Below, one piece after another: positions 1 through 9,349 of a stretch of DNA of 32,000 nucleotides (the stretch's first letter is position 1; every line of letters begins with the position of its first letter). Source of the DNA: Candidatus Saccharimonadota bacterium. GTDB taxonomy: Bacteria; Pseudomonadota; Alphaproteobacteria; CAJXXZ01; 1604HC. The notes below the pieces were generated by a model that was not told where the DNA came from, did no database searches, and worked only from the letters and a program-made list of their open reading frames with translations. The translations under genes were made by a program, and so were the position numbers. Where the stretch lies: positions 450,001 through 482,000 of the forward strand of contig NZ_CP043314.1 of assembly GCF_008189525.1 (NCBI RefSeq), read 5' to 3'.

Positions 1-782
1 TTTGTATCTTTTCCTGCAGAACCTGCTTCTTTCCTGAAACAAGGAGTTAATGAAGTAACTTTGTATGGCAATTCGTTCTCCAGAAAAAACTTACCTTCTC
101 CTAAATTAACTAAAGGAACTTCACCAGTTGGAATAAGAAATTTATCATCACATCTAAATAAATCATCTCTAAATTTTGGAAGTTGTCCAGAATTAAATAG
201 CGCTTTTTCTAAAACTAAGTAAGGCAATGAAAATTCTTTGTATCCATTCTTAACATTGAAATCCATCATCCAGTTTGCAAGTTTTCTTTCTAATGTAGCC
301 AATTTATCACTAGAAACAACAAATCTAGATCCCGACATATTTGCTTCATGCCAACTTAAACTACCCGAAAGTATTTCATCATGAGTTTTCTGAAGCTCTA
401 TTTTATCACCAAACCCCCTGATAGTTATATTATCACTCTCTGAATCTCCCTCTGGAACCTCTGAATCTAAGACATTAGGTACAGTTAACAAAGCTTCATC
501 TAAGCTTTTCTTAAACTCTTTTTCTATTTGCTCAGACTCTTTTATATTAAGTTTGATATTTTTTATATTTTCTTTTGCTTGCTCTTTTTGTAAATCAACT
601 TTCCCTTGAAATTCTGCAGATTCTTGTTTTAGATTCTGTCTCATGGATTGTATCTTAGAAACTTCTGTCTTCCATTTTTCATACAAAGAAATAAGTTCAG
701 AAGATTTATGGCTTTCTCTTCTTAAAAGCATATTTCTGTCAAATTCTTTTGGGTTTTCTTTTATCCATTTTATATCCAGCAT
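1..782 (-). CDS. serS: Seryl-tRNA synthetase, N-terminal ~260 aa (gene continues past the left window edge)
   Basis: Minus-strand ORF open to the window edge, with ATG at 782-780. It is absent from the ORF track because it is truncated. My translation MLDIKWIKENPKEFDRN...SGSRFVV...NSGQLPKFRDDLF...LIPTGEVPLVNL...LTPCFRKEAGSAGKDT matches the SerRS coiled-coil arm and class II core motifs. Confidence 0.85.
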   Translation of the reverse strand, partial: MLDIKWIKENPKEFDRNMLLRRESHKSSELISLYEKWKTEVSKIQSMRQNLKQESAEFQGKVDLQKEQAKENIKNIKLNIKESEQIEKEFKKSLDEALLTVPNVLDSEVPEGDSESDNITIRGFGDKIELQKTHDEILSGSLSWHEANMSGSRFVVSSDKLATLERKLANWMMDFNVKNGYKEFSLPYLVLEKALFNSGQLPKFRDDLFRCDDKFLIPTGEVPLVNLGEGKFFLENELPYKVTSLTPCFRKEAGSAGKDT

Positions 783-926
783 CAAGAAATTTTAAACCAA
801 TTCCAAACTTTATACAATTTTACAAAATTATTTACTATTTATATTGATTATATTACTTGTGCTTTGTTTGTGTTTTGTCGGATAGAATACTTAAGAATGA
901 ATTGAAATCATATTTGTTTAATAAGC

Positions 927-1670
927 TTAAACTACTACTTGCTTATTTGCTTTTTCACTTTCATCAGAAGATTTAACTGCTGGTTCCACAGATAATTTAT
1001 AACCCCTACCCCATACAGTTTTAATTGTCGGAATATTATCTAAATAATCTTTTGAAAATTCACTAATTTTAGATCTAAGCTTACAAATAAACACATCTAT
1101 TATCTTTTTTGTAGGCTCATCACATCCAGAGTCATACAAATGACTTAGAAAGACGTCTTTAGTTAATATAGAATCTTTCCTGACTGCTAATAACTCTAAT
1201 ATTAAGTATTCCTTGTTTGTTAATCTAATCTCTTGATCATTTACAAAAACCATTTTCTTGGTTGTATCCAAAACAAGCTGCCCTAAATCTACTAAAGATG
1301 AAGATTGTCCATTGGACCTTCTTACCATAGCATTAACCCTAGCCAAAAGTTCATCTTTATCAAAAGGTTTGGTTATATAGTCATCAGCTCCGGCATTAAA
1401 TCCCTTAAGCTTATCACCTACCTCTTTCATAAAAGAAACCATTGCAACAGGCGTGGAAACCTTACACTTCCTAAGTCTGTTTAACAAATCGTATCCAGAC
1501 ATATCAGGCATAACCACGTCCATTATTATTGCGTCATATTCAAAAATCCTAGCGTACTTTAAACCTTCGAAAGCAGAATCTACATGCTCACAAACCATAT
1601 TATGAGATTGAAGAAATGAGATAATGCTAGATGCAACTGAAGAGTCATCCTCTATTATAAGAATTTTCAT
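927..1670 (-). CDS. ctrA: Cell-cycle response regulator CtrA (OmpR-family receiver + winged helix)
   Basis: MKILIIEDD...DAIIMDVVMPDMSG receiver domain. The C-terminal TNKEYLILELL...DEPTKKIIDVFICKLRSKI...KTVWGRGYKL closely parallels Caulobacter CtrA (KIIDVFICKLRKK, ETVWGRGY). Confidence 0.85.
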   Translation of the reverse strand: MKILIIEDDSSVASSIISFLQSHNMVCEHVDSAFEGLKYARIFEYDAIIMDVVMPDMSGYDLLNRLRKCKVSTPVAMVSFMKEVGDKLKGFNAGADDYITKPFDKDELLARVNAMVRRSNGQSSSLVDLGQLVLDTTKKMVFVNDQEIRLTNKEYLILELLAVRKDSILTKDVFLSHLYDSGCDEPTKKIIDVFICKLRSKISEFSKDYLDNIPTIKTVWGRGYKLSVEPAVKSSDESEKANKQVVV

Positions 1671-1944
1671 GTTTTTCTTTTCACTTTCATATAAGACATT
1701 TACAGAAAATATTAAATAAATGATTAACCTGGTTTAAAATAAACGTTAATTTCTGTTCTGTAAGAAATATAATCACCTCTAAGAAGAGATTTTATAAATC
1801 ACAAAACAACAATCAATCTAATTAAATAGTTAAAAATTCCATAATTTTTATGTCTATTGTTTAATAAGAACAAAACCTAACTCAAAAACAAATTAAAGAA
1901 ACGATTAGTTAATTAAAAAATTAATTAGTTAAGAATTAATTAAT

Positions 1945-2538
1945 TCAACTCTTTTCTGCATCATTCTGCATTTTTATTACCTGGTCATATCTGAAACATT
2001 TAGTTAAATGATCATTAACCATACCTATAGATTGCATATAAGCATATATTATTCTAGGCCCTACAAATGTCATTCCACGTTTTTTCAAATCTTTAGACAG
2101 CAAATCACCTTCTTCAGAAACACTAGGAACCTCACTATACTCCTTCCAAGCATTGTTTATAGGCTTATTATTTACGAATCCCCATATATAATTAGAAAAG
2201 GATTTATATTCTTCTACTATCTTTAAAAAGGCAATCGCATTTTTTCTGGCTGAAAATATTTTAAGCCTATTTCTAACTATTCCTTTGTTTTCCATATTTT
2301 TCTCAAGCTCTTCATCTGACATTTCAGAAACTTTAATTGGATCAAAAAAGTGAAAAGCTTCTCTGTAAGCATCTCTTTTCATCAATATAATTTCCCAGCT
2401 CAAACCTGCATGAGCCCCTTCTAATATCAACATTTCAAACAAAACTTGGTCATCATATATAGGTTTTCCCCACTCCACATCATGATAATCTCCAAAAACT
2501 TTATTTTTATTTCCAAAACATCTAAACATAAAGATCAT
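1945..2538 (-). CDS. tag: DNA-3-methyladenine glycosylase I
   Basis: YHDVEWGKP...LFEMLILEGAHAGLSWEIIL...FDPIKV...KKRGMTFVGPRIIYAYMQSIGMVNDH..C is collinear with E. coli Tag, including the Cys/His/His/Cys zinc ligand positions. The true start may be the Met at 2529. Confidence 0.9.
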   Translation of the reverse strand: MIFMFRCFGNKNKVFGDYHDVEWGKPIYDDQVLFEMLILEGAHAGLSWEIILMKRDAYREAFHFFDPIKVSEMSDEELEKNMENKGIVRNRLKIFSARKNAIAFLKIVEEYKSFSNYIWGFVNNKPINNAWKEYSEVPSVSEEGDLLSKDLKKRGMTFVGPRIIYAYMQSIGMVNDHLTKCFRYDQVIKMQNDAEKS

Positions 2539-2638
2539 TCTACTTTTTTAGAAATATATTTTCAAATAAAATAAAATCTTAAGAAAATTGAGAAATAATC
2601 TTGATATAAATAATTAAAAAGTGCAGAATTAGAATATT

Positions 2639-2715
2639 GGCGGAGTAGCTCAGTTGGTTAGAGCAGCGGGATCATAATCCGCGTGTCGGGGGTTCGAGTC
2701 CCTTCTTCGCTACCA
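2639..2715 (+). tRNA. tRNA with CAU anticodon (elongator Met, or Ile2 if lysidine-modified), CCA encoded
   Basis: Hand-folded cloverleaf: acceptor GGCGGAG/CTTCGCT (G1-U72 wobble), D arm GCTC-AGTTGGTTA-GAGC, anticodon arm GCGGG-atCATaa-TCCGC, T arm GGGGG-TTCGAGT-CCCTT, then A-CCA. It lacks the C1-A72 mismatch and the 3 clean G-C pairs of an initiator. Confidence 0.85.
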
Positions 2716-2721
2716 CTTTAA

Positions 2722-2796
<75 letters not shown>

Positions 2797-2990
2797 GTTT
2801 TTTTATTGAATAATTTCTATTTAGACTTTTTAGAAACAAATTCATAGCTTAATGTAAATTTAATACGAACTACTCTGTTTTTAGAGTAAAAACCAAAAAA
2901 AAATTTACGAACGTTCAGAAAATAAGTTTTCAAAAATCTAAGTCCAACCCTGCAATTACTAAAATAGAAATGATGTGGTAGAATGACTCA

Positions 2991-3644
2991 ATGTACAGTT
3001 TATTCAAACTATTAGCAGATAATACTCTGGAAATATTTTTCATATTAAATTCTATTATGAATGCTTTTTTCATAGTTTCTCTTACTGCGGAAAATTCTTA
3101 TCTAGAAAGAAAAAAAATAATACAAAAAGCTATCATAGTGGTTACTTTTTCTATCTTTGCATTCATTTTTATAGGAAACTTTATGCTTGAATCCTTAGGA
3201 GTAGTTTTCTATGCAATGCAAATCACAGGTGGTATTTTAGTTTGCCCATCGGCATATGATATGATTTCAGGAAAAGCATCAGAAGATATCGGAACAGATA
3301 GCTCAGACGTATCATTATACCCAATAGGAGTTCCAATAATAGCTGGACCAGGCGCATTTACAACTTCTTTGAATTTGTTCAAAGAAGCAACTTTATTCCA
3401 TGAGAAATTAATAACGATAATTGCTATATTTTTAGGAATATTTTTGACTTATTTAGTATTAGTATTTGGTGCAAAAATAGGAAACAAAATAAAAAAGATG
3501 CACATGAGAATACTAAGTGTGTTTTTTGGAACAATATTAATGGCTTTAGGTGTACAATTCTTTATCAATGGAGCAAGAGGGTTTGCAAATGAATACATCA
3601 ATACAAAACCACGCACATTAACTTATAAACAAAATAATTCCTGA
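2991..3644 (+). CDS. MarC-family (UPF0056/NAAT) integral membrane protein
   Basis: Multi-TM protein with the family hallmarks ITGGILV...G and YPIGVPIIAGPGAFTT (cf. PLAIPLLAGPGAIST). Confidence 0.75.
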   Translation: MYSLFKLLADNTLEIFFILNSIMNAFFIVSLTAENSYLERKKIIQKAIIVVTFSIFAFIFIGNFMLESLGVVFYAMQITGGILVCPSAYDMISGKASEDIGTDSSDVSLYPIGVPIIAGPGAFTTSLNLFKEATLFHEKLITIIAIFLGIFLTYLVLVFGAKIGNKIKKMHMRILSVFFGTILMALGVQFFINGARGFANEYINTKPRTLTYKQNNS

Positions 3645-4270
3645 AACTTGAAATCCCCCCTCACATACTTTGTGAACAATACTTAAACTTTCTCTCTTGA
3701 GATATAATTTTTACTTAACACATTGCATAAATGGATCATATTTTAATGGATTTTGCATAGTTAGAATTTAAAAAAATATAAAACAACTAAGGCAAGTTTT
3801 CAGATTAAGAAAATAATATTAAATCATTCTTAACAGATAAATTAACCTATAAATTAACCTTTAAAGCACTTTAATAAAACAAAAACTATTAAAAAACCAT
3901 GAATAAAAATTAAAAATACCTTAACTATAAGCAGTAATATCTAATCAGATTTGATACTAATTTCTAAGATTTATGCTTAACCTTTTCTGTTGATTGTTGT
4001 CTATTTTTAACTAACTAAATTTCACTCTACAAGAATTTCAGAAACTCATTAACATATCAAATCATTACTTCATATATATATTAGTTAACACAATAAGCTT
4101 GATTATTACTTATCACAGCAATGCTCTGGAGCTGATTAATACTTATAAAGACTGTTGTTAGCTAACTGTATGCCTGCTTAATCTCACATTCACAAATACT
4201 TTTGAATCTGCTTATTTACTTCAAAACCTAATTTAAAAATAAGTCAAAATGCATAAATATATAATTTGTA

Positions 4271-5533
4271 TTATTTTTTAAATTTTGATTTACAAAATCT
4301 AAATTCATTTCTTAGCTTTTTCAAAACATCAGAATTTAAACTTTTGTAGAAAACCTTCAGAGAACTAGGGTTTACGAACTTATTATCAATTTTCAAACCA
4401 AAATGCAAATGAGGCGCTGTAGCAACTCCTGTATCTCCAACACACCCTATATTTTGACCAGAAGCAATTTTTTGATTTTTAGAAACTTTTATGGAATGCA
4501 AATGCCCATAAATACTTATGATTTTACCTTTATTAGTAAAATGAATAATTTCAACCATATTTCCATACCCAGAATTAGAGAAAACAACTTTATTTACCAC
4601 TCCTTCTGCAGTAGCTCTGATAGGCGTTCCTTTTTTAGATGCATAATCTATACCTTGATGAAATCTGAGAATCTTAAAAACTGGATGTAATCTCATTCCA
4701 TAAGGAGATGAAACACGTCCATCTACAGGTCTTATAAAATTAATAGGCTCATTATGAGCACATTCTTTTATAGGGTTGTATAACTTGTCTGAACCTGAAA
4801 CTCTCATCAAACACGAAGCATATCCACCATTACTATCTTTTATTCCAATAAACTTAATAACAGGCATACATCCTTTCCTGCTAGATGTATCGTAGGATAT
4901 ATTTATTACTTTATTTTTCAAATTTAATTTTCCAAAATTCCTAACGATCTCAGAAACCATAGGATCTGGAAAATGTTTAGAAAGATTTTCTGCTGGAAAG
5001 TTGCCAGACCTTATAGAAATAAATTGCTTTTTTGATTCTTGCTTCCATTTTGAAGTTATTATGTTATTTTCATTTTTAATCAAAACTTCATAACCAGAGT
5101 GCTTTAATGTACATTCCTTAAAGACCATTTTATCTTTATGATCTTCAAGTTTTGTAGAAATTGTAGCATTCCTAATCCACTCACCAGGAATCATAGATTT
5201 TATTTCTGGAATAATTTTATGTAAATCCATCAAAGGCACTCCATGTTTAGACAAAGCTATACCAACACCTTCATAATCTATTTTTCCATTTTTACAAAAA
5301 ATCTCTCCTAAATCTTCCTTTTTAAGAAGTGGATCTGGAGAAATATCTTCTTTAATAAAATAAACGAAAAACATAGATCCAAATAAAAATATGCTTAATC
5401 TAAATAAAGAAAAAAATCTAGAAAAAGATATAAAGCTTATTGATAAAAATCTTCTAATTACACTCAGCTTAATCAAACTACTAACCCAGAAATTCATTTC
5501 TTCAAATAAAAATCTAAAAAAAATCGGAATCAT
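4271..5533 (-). CDS. M23/LytM-family metallopeptidase with N-terminal membrane anchor
   Basis: The C-terminal domain carries HQGIDYASKKGTPIRATAEGVV...GHLHSI...GQNIGCVGDTGVATAPHLHFGLKIDNKFVNP (HxxxD and HxH zinc motifs). There is a hydrophobic N-terminus; the real start is probably an internal Met downstream of 5533. Confidence 0.85.
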   Translation of the reverse strand: MIPIFFRFLFEEMNFWVSSLIKLSVIRRFLSISFISFSRFFSLFRLSIFLFGSMFFVYFIKEDISPDPLLKKEDLGEIFCKNGKIDYEGVGIALSKHGVPLMDLHKIIPEIKSMIPGEWIRNATISTKLEDHKDKMVFKECTLKHSGYEVLIKNENNIITSKWKQESKKQFISIRSGNFPAENLSKHFPDPMVSEIVRNFGKLNLKNKVINISYDTSSRKGCMPVIKFIGIKDSNGGYASCLMRVSGSDKLYNPIKECAHNEPINFIRPVDGRVSSPYGMRLHPVFKILRFHQGIDYASKKGTPIRATAEGVVNKVVFSNSGYGNMVEIIHFTNKGKIISIYGHLHSIKVSKNQKIASGQNIGCVGDTGVATAPHLHFGLKIDNKFVNPSSLKVFYKSLNSDVLKKLRNEFRFCKSKFKK

Positions 5534-5546
5534 ATTAACTTAACAA

Positions 5547-6128
5547 TCACTTCTTGTTGCCAAGTATTTCTTTTTCCTTTTCAGAAAGAATACTATCTAT
5601 ATTTTTTGAAAACTTATCCAAGATAGCATCTATTTTCTTTTGATATTTCTTAGAAGCATCTTCAGATATTTCTTTGTTTTTCTTCATGCCTTTGACTTTA
5701 TCCATAAAAGATTTTCTAACATTCCTCAACGAAATCTTAAAATCGTCACAAGTAGATTTAGCAGTCTTTACAAGCCTAACTTTGTCTTCTGTAGTTAAAG
5801 AAGGAACTTTCAAAAACATACTATTCCCAGCAGTAGCTGGATTTAAACCTAACTTACTATCCATTATAGATCTTTCGACATCTTTAACATCTGTGGAATT
5901 ACGCACTTCTATCAGGATAGTTCTAGAATCTTTTAATGATAAGTTAGCCAAAGCATTTATTGGAAGAAATCCATTTTTGGTCTTTATCTTCACATTTTGT
6001 AACATTTTAGGAGAAACAACATCAGTTCTTAGACCAGATACGTAATCTTGCAGTTTTTTTATAACAGTAGAACATTCTAAATTCATTTGTTCTTCTATGT
6101 TTTCAATAGAATTTAAGTCTTGCATCAC
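5547..6128 (-). CDS. frr: Ribosome recycling factor
   Basis: Length ~190 aa. The pattern ...LRTDVVSPKMLQNVKI...INALANLSLKDSRTILIEV...LGLNPATAGNSMFLKVPSLTTEDKVRLVK... matches RRF. It has a 4-nt overlap (ATGA type) with pyrH upstream and sits in the conserved rpsB-tsf-pyrH-frr order. Confidence 0.9.
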   Translation of the reverse strand: MMQDLNSIENIEEQMNLECSTVIKKLQDYVSGLRTDVVSPKMLQNVKIKTKNGFLPINALANLSLKDSRTILIEVRNSTDVKDVERSIMDSKLGLNPATAGNSMFLKVPSLTTEDKVRLVKTAKSTCDDFKISLRNVRKSFMDKVKGMKKNKEISEDASKKYQKKIDAILDKFSKNIDSILSEKEKEILGNKK

Positions 6129-6850
6129 GATACAATTGTACCCACAAAATTCTCTTTTTTCAAATCTGAAGAGATAATTTTTTGTAATTCAGAAATAGAG
6201 GACATAACCAACTTCAGAGAATTCTCTTTTGCTATAGCAATTGCAGACTTATCAAATGCCCCGAATTCTATAGCTTCATCATAAGAAATACTCTTTATTA
6301 GTTGAGCATCCTTATCAAACTTTGGATCCTTATCAAAAACCCCACCTGAAGAAGAAATTTTACAAGCCCAATTGCAACCTAGTTCTAATGCTCTGATAAC
6401 CATTGCAGTATCAGTGCTTATGTTACCACACCAACCTAATCCACCGGCTAAAATAGAATAACTTTTTTCATTTTCATCAATTATTTTTAATGGATCATAA
6501 GGTCTGATTATATCTTCCTTACAAATAGGCGAATAAACAACAGATTTTGCCTTAAACATACTAGATAAATCCAACGCATTTATAACAGTGCTCAATACAC
6601 CTATTCTATCGTTGAAAACCTTTTCTACACCTTTATAATCTCTACCTCTTCTAATATTTCCACCACCAACCATAAAAACCAGCTTTCCTAGTGGAATATT
6701 GTCTATAAATTCTTTTAATTCTTCTCTAGGAGCTTGTGTGTTGTTTTTTGACAAACCATAACCTTCATGCTGGTTAGTAAAATAAAGTCCTGAGATTTTG
6801 ACCAATCCTACACCTTGTTTTAAAAAATCTGCACTAAAATTTCTACTCAT
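6125..6850 (-). CDS. pyrH: UMP kinase (divergent)
   Basis: VKISG...VFMVGGGNIRRG...IGVLSTVINAL...TDTAMVIRALELGC...GGVFDKDP...GTIV matches the amino-acid-kinase-fold UMP kinase signature (KLSGE / GGGN / GMLATviNal / TTDtaAaLRA / DGVYdaDP). Position between tsf and frr supports the call. Confidence 0.8.
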   Translation of the reverse strand: MSRNFSADFLKQGVGLVKISGLYFTNQHEGYGLSKNNTQAPREELKEFIDNIPLGKLVFMVGGGNIRRGRDYKGVEKVFNDRIGVLSTVINALDLSSMFKAKSVVYSPICKEDIIRPYDPLKIIDENEKSYSILAGGLGWCGNISTDTAMVIRALELGCNWACKISSSGGVFDKDPKFDKDAQLIKSISYDEAIEFGAFDKSAIAIAKENSLKLVMSSISELQKIISSDLKKENFVGTIVS

Positions 6851-7056
6851 AAACCACCTTTAAACAATCAAATAACATGACTTAAATAAGTAACGCTAAT
6901 TATAAACACTACAAAATCACAAGTATTTTCATTACAAGAAACACCATATGATCAACAAACAATCAGAAAGAATATAAATTATTAAAATCTATAAAATTAA
7001 AAAGTTAAAGTTAACAAAAAAAAAATCTAACAAATTTATTTACTAGTTCTATAAAA

Positions 7057-7881
7057 TTAATCTTTTATAGAAATTTTCTTAAATTCTAAAATTTCATTAC
7101 TGGATTGAAGCGCATACTGTCTTACAGTTAATTTTGTATCCTTTACATAAACTTGATCCATAAGAACAGATGGTCTAAGCTTCTTTTCCAGCTTTCCTTG
7201 TAGAATTTTGCTCTTATCTTCTTCAGATTTGTCTAGGCTAGCAACAGAATCTTTTAGAATTTCCAGCTCTCTATCTTTTTCTTCAGAAGGAATGTCAGAA
7301 AATTCTAAATACTGAGCTCCCATACCAACTATATTAAGAGCTATATTATTTCCGAATTCAGAATCTTCTTTTGAAACTCTAACTAAAGTAGCTATTCTAC
7401 CTACATTTTCAGCATATTTATTGTGTGCATATCCATAAACATAAGAATTATCCTTTTTATCAAACTTAATCACTTCACCAAGCTTGATATTTTCTCCTAA
7501 AGAAGATGATTGTTGCATAAGATAATCACTAACTGAAACAGAGTCTATTTTTATATCTTCTAATTCTTTATCCAAAAGTTCTGTTGCCAAAAACTTAGCT
7601 ATTGAATAAAACTTTTCGTTCTTAGCTACGAAATCTGTTTCACATTGTAATGAAAGCAAAACACCAGCATTATCCTTAATCTCAAAAGCAGCCACACCTT
7701 CAGAAGCTTCTCTCCCTGCTCTTTTTGCATAAGAAGCAATTCCTTTCTTCTTAAGCCAATCTATCGCCTTTTCTTCATCTTGACTGGATTCCATAAGAGC
7801 TTTTTTACAATCACCCATAGGAGCAAAAGTTCTACCTCTAACAGATTTAATTTTTTCTAATAAACTTTTCTCTTCACTCAT
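7057..7881 (-). CDS. tsf: Elongation factor Ts
   Basis: N-terminal UBA-like IKSVRGRTFAPMGDCKKALMES...KAIDWLKKKG and EGVAAFEI...LLSLQCETDFVAKNEKF. It starts 3 nt after the rpsB stop. Confidence 0.9.
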   Translation of the reverse strand: MSEEKSLLEKIKSVRGRTFAPMGDCKKALMESSQDEEKAIDWLKKKGIASYAKRAGREASEGVAAFEIKDNAGVLLSLQCETDFVAKNEKFYSIAKFLATELLDKELEDIKIDSVSVSDYLMQQSSSLGENIKLGEVIKFDKKDNSYVYGYAHNKYAENVGRIATLVRVSKEDSEFGNNIALNIVGMGAQYLEFSDIPSEEKDRELEILKDSVASLDKSEEDKSKILQGKLEKKLRPSVLMDQVYVKDTKLTVRQYALQSSNEILEFKKISIKD

Positions 7882-7884
7882 ATA

Positions 7885-8985
7885 TTACTCTCCTTTACTA
7901 TCAGAATCTTTAGATTTAGACTCTACCTTATCTACTTTTATAGAACTTACAGAATCATCGCTTAATTTTTTTTCATCAATCTTTGAATCATTAGAAGGAA
8001 TATTTTTCTTTTCTACAGAAATCTTTGAATCAAATTCAGGCTCAGTTTTCTTTGCAACAAACTTTGTTTCAAAAGCATCTCTTCTTTCTCTAGGTCTAAA
8101 AGATTCTTTTCTGTAATCTCTATTAAATTCTCTAGGATTTCTTCTTTTCTTACTTTCGACTTCTTTGCTTTTCTCAGAAATTTTAATTTGTTCATCATGT
8201 ATACCTAACAAACAAGCAGAGGCACACAAAGAGCTGAAAAATTCTATTGATTTCATCGCATCATCATTTCCTGGAACAGGGTAATCTATAGAAGCAGGGT
8301 CAGCATCCGTATCCATAAGAGCAACAACAGGAATTCTTAACTTAATAGCCTCTCTAATTGCAATATTTTCTTCCTTCCATGAAGTTACAACTATTGCATT
8401 AGGTAAACCGTGCATATCTTTTATACCAGAAAACATTCTTTTTAAGTTAAAAAGCTTTTTGTTTATTTTTGATTGCTCATGCTTTTTATATTTTTTGAAA
8501 AAACCTTCTTCTATTTTTTTCTCTAAATCTTTCATTCCTTGAATTGAAACTGAAACTGTATTCCAGTTTGTCATCAAACCACCGGGCCATCTGTGGTTCA
8601 TGTAAAATTGACCACAATCTTCTGCAGCTTTCTTAACAACTTCTTTTGATTGATATTTAGTCCCAACAAAAAGAACTCTTCCACCATTACATGTAATTTT
8701 TCTCAAAAAAGATAAAGCATCCTTAAACAAAGGAACTGTTTTGGATATATCTATCACATGCATGTTTCCTACTGTACCGAAAACATAAGAATCCATTTTA
8801 GGATTTAGTTTTTTTGTATTGTGTCCAAAATGAAATGCATGATCCTTCAAATCAAATACATTAAATTTAATTATTTCCTCTATATTTTTACTTGATTCAG
8901 CTTCTTCAGATTCAGAATCCTTTGATTCAGTTTCCTTCTCTACTTCTTTCTCAGAATCTAAATTCTCTTGCTTTTGAATATCCAT
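7885..8985 (-). CDS. rpsB: 30S ribosomal protein S2 with acidic N-terminal and ~100-aa charged C-terminal extensions
   Basis: Core is HFGHNTKKLNPKM...MHVIDISKTVPLF...VLFVGTK...NHRWPGGLMTNW...PVVALMDTDADP...YPVPGNDDAMKSIE. An AAGGAG Shine-Dalgarno (8990-8995, minus strand) lies 4 nt upstream of the ATG at 8985. Confidence 0.95.
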   Translation of the reverse strand: MDIQKQENLDSEKEVEKETESKDSESEEAESSKNIEEIIKFNVFDLKDHAFHFGHNTKKLNPKMDSYVFGTVGNMHVIDISKTVPLFKDALSFLRKITCNGGRVLFVGTKYQSKEVVKKAAEDCGQFYMNHRWPGGLMTNWNTVSVSIQGMKDLEKKIEEGFFKKYKKHEQSKINKKLFNLKRMFSGIKDMHGLPNAIVVTSWKEENIAIREAIKLRIPVVALMDTDADPASIDYPVPGNDDAMKSIEFFSSLCASACLLGIHDEQIKISEKSKEVESKKRRNPREFNRDYRKESFRPRERRDAFETKFVAKKTEPEFDSKISVEKKNIPSNDSKIDEKKLSDDSVSSIKVDKVESKSKDSDSKGE

Positions 8986-9349
8986 ACTACTCCTTCTGTT
9001 TTAGTTGGGCTAGGAATGTATCATGTACATGTCCACAGAAAGTTTCTCGCCACTAACGTATAAAATATCTCAATAAAACAAGAAAAAATCAATATCAGAA
9101 TGTGATTTAGGTCAATTTAGAGTTACAAAAAATACATTTTTAGAAATACGTAAATTTTAAAATAAACAGTTTTTAGAAATTCTTAGAAAATGATTTCTTG
9201 TAATAGAAATTGTAATATAAAATATAAAATAAATTTTAGATCTTATATATAAAATAAATTAAGCTATCTAGAAAAGATCTAGAAACTTAATTAGCTGAAG
9301 GAAATTAAACTAGTGAAAGTTTAAATTATAAAAAAAAGATTCTTAATAA

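Noticed and set aside
1671-1944. Possible CtrA boxes (TTAA-N7-TTAA) and TTAATTA-rich repeats upstream of ctrA, e.g. the TTAATTAAAAAATTAATTAGTTAAGAATTAATTAATT stretch at ~1905-1945.
   Set aside because: The TTAA pairs I could find are spaced N8 or N4, not N7. In DNA this AT-rich, TTAA occurs constantly by chance, so no site can be supported by eye.
2008-2226. Plus-strand 72-aa ORF inside tag. The same class of antisense or alternate-frame ORFs occurs at 4403-4690, 5674-6045, 8013-8198, 10134-10367, 15906-16277, 16686-16925, 20146-20379, 20298-20492, 21230-21466, 21977-22330, 22212-22421, 22324-22506, 22472-22702, 23370-23717, 24255-24512, 24642-24935, 28697-28972 and 29196-29408.
   Set aside because: Each lies entirely within, and mostly antisense to, a longer ORF with clear homology. 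Their translations are low-complexity, F/L/I/S-rich strings typical of shadow ORFs in AT-rich DNA, with no recognisable motifs.
2581-2638. Promoter for the tRNA-Met/tRNA-Thr pair: TAGAAT at 2630-2635 and TTGATA at 2601-2606.
   Set aside because: The spacing between the two hexamers is 23 nt. No acceptable -35 lies at 16-18 nt, so no promoter can be supported.
9261-9290. Short hairpin CTAGA-aaaga-TCTAG downstream of the giant ORF, considered as a terminator.
   Set aside because: The stem is only 5-6 bp, built from two copies of the self-palindromic TCTAGA, and has no convincing U-tract. It is too weak to call.
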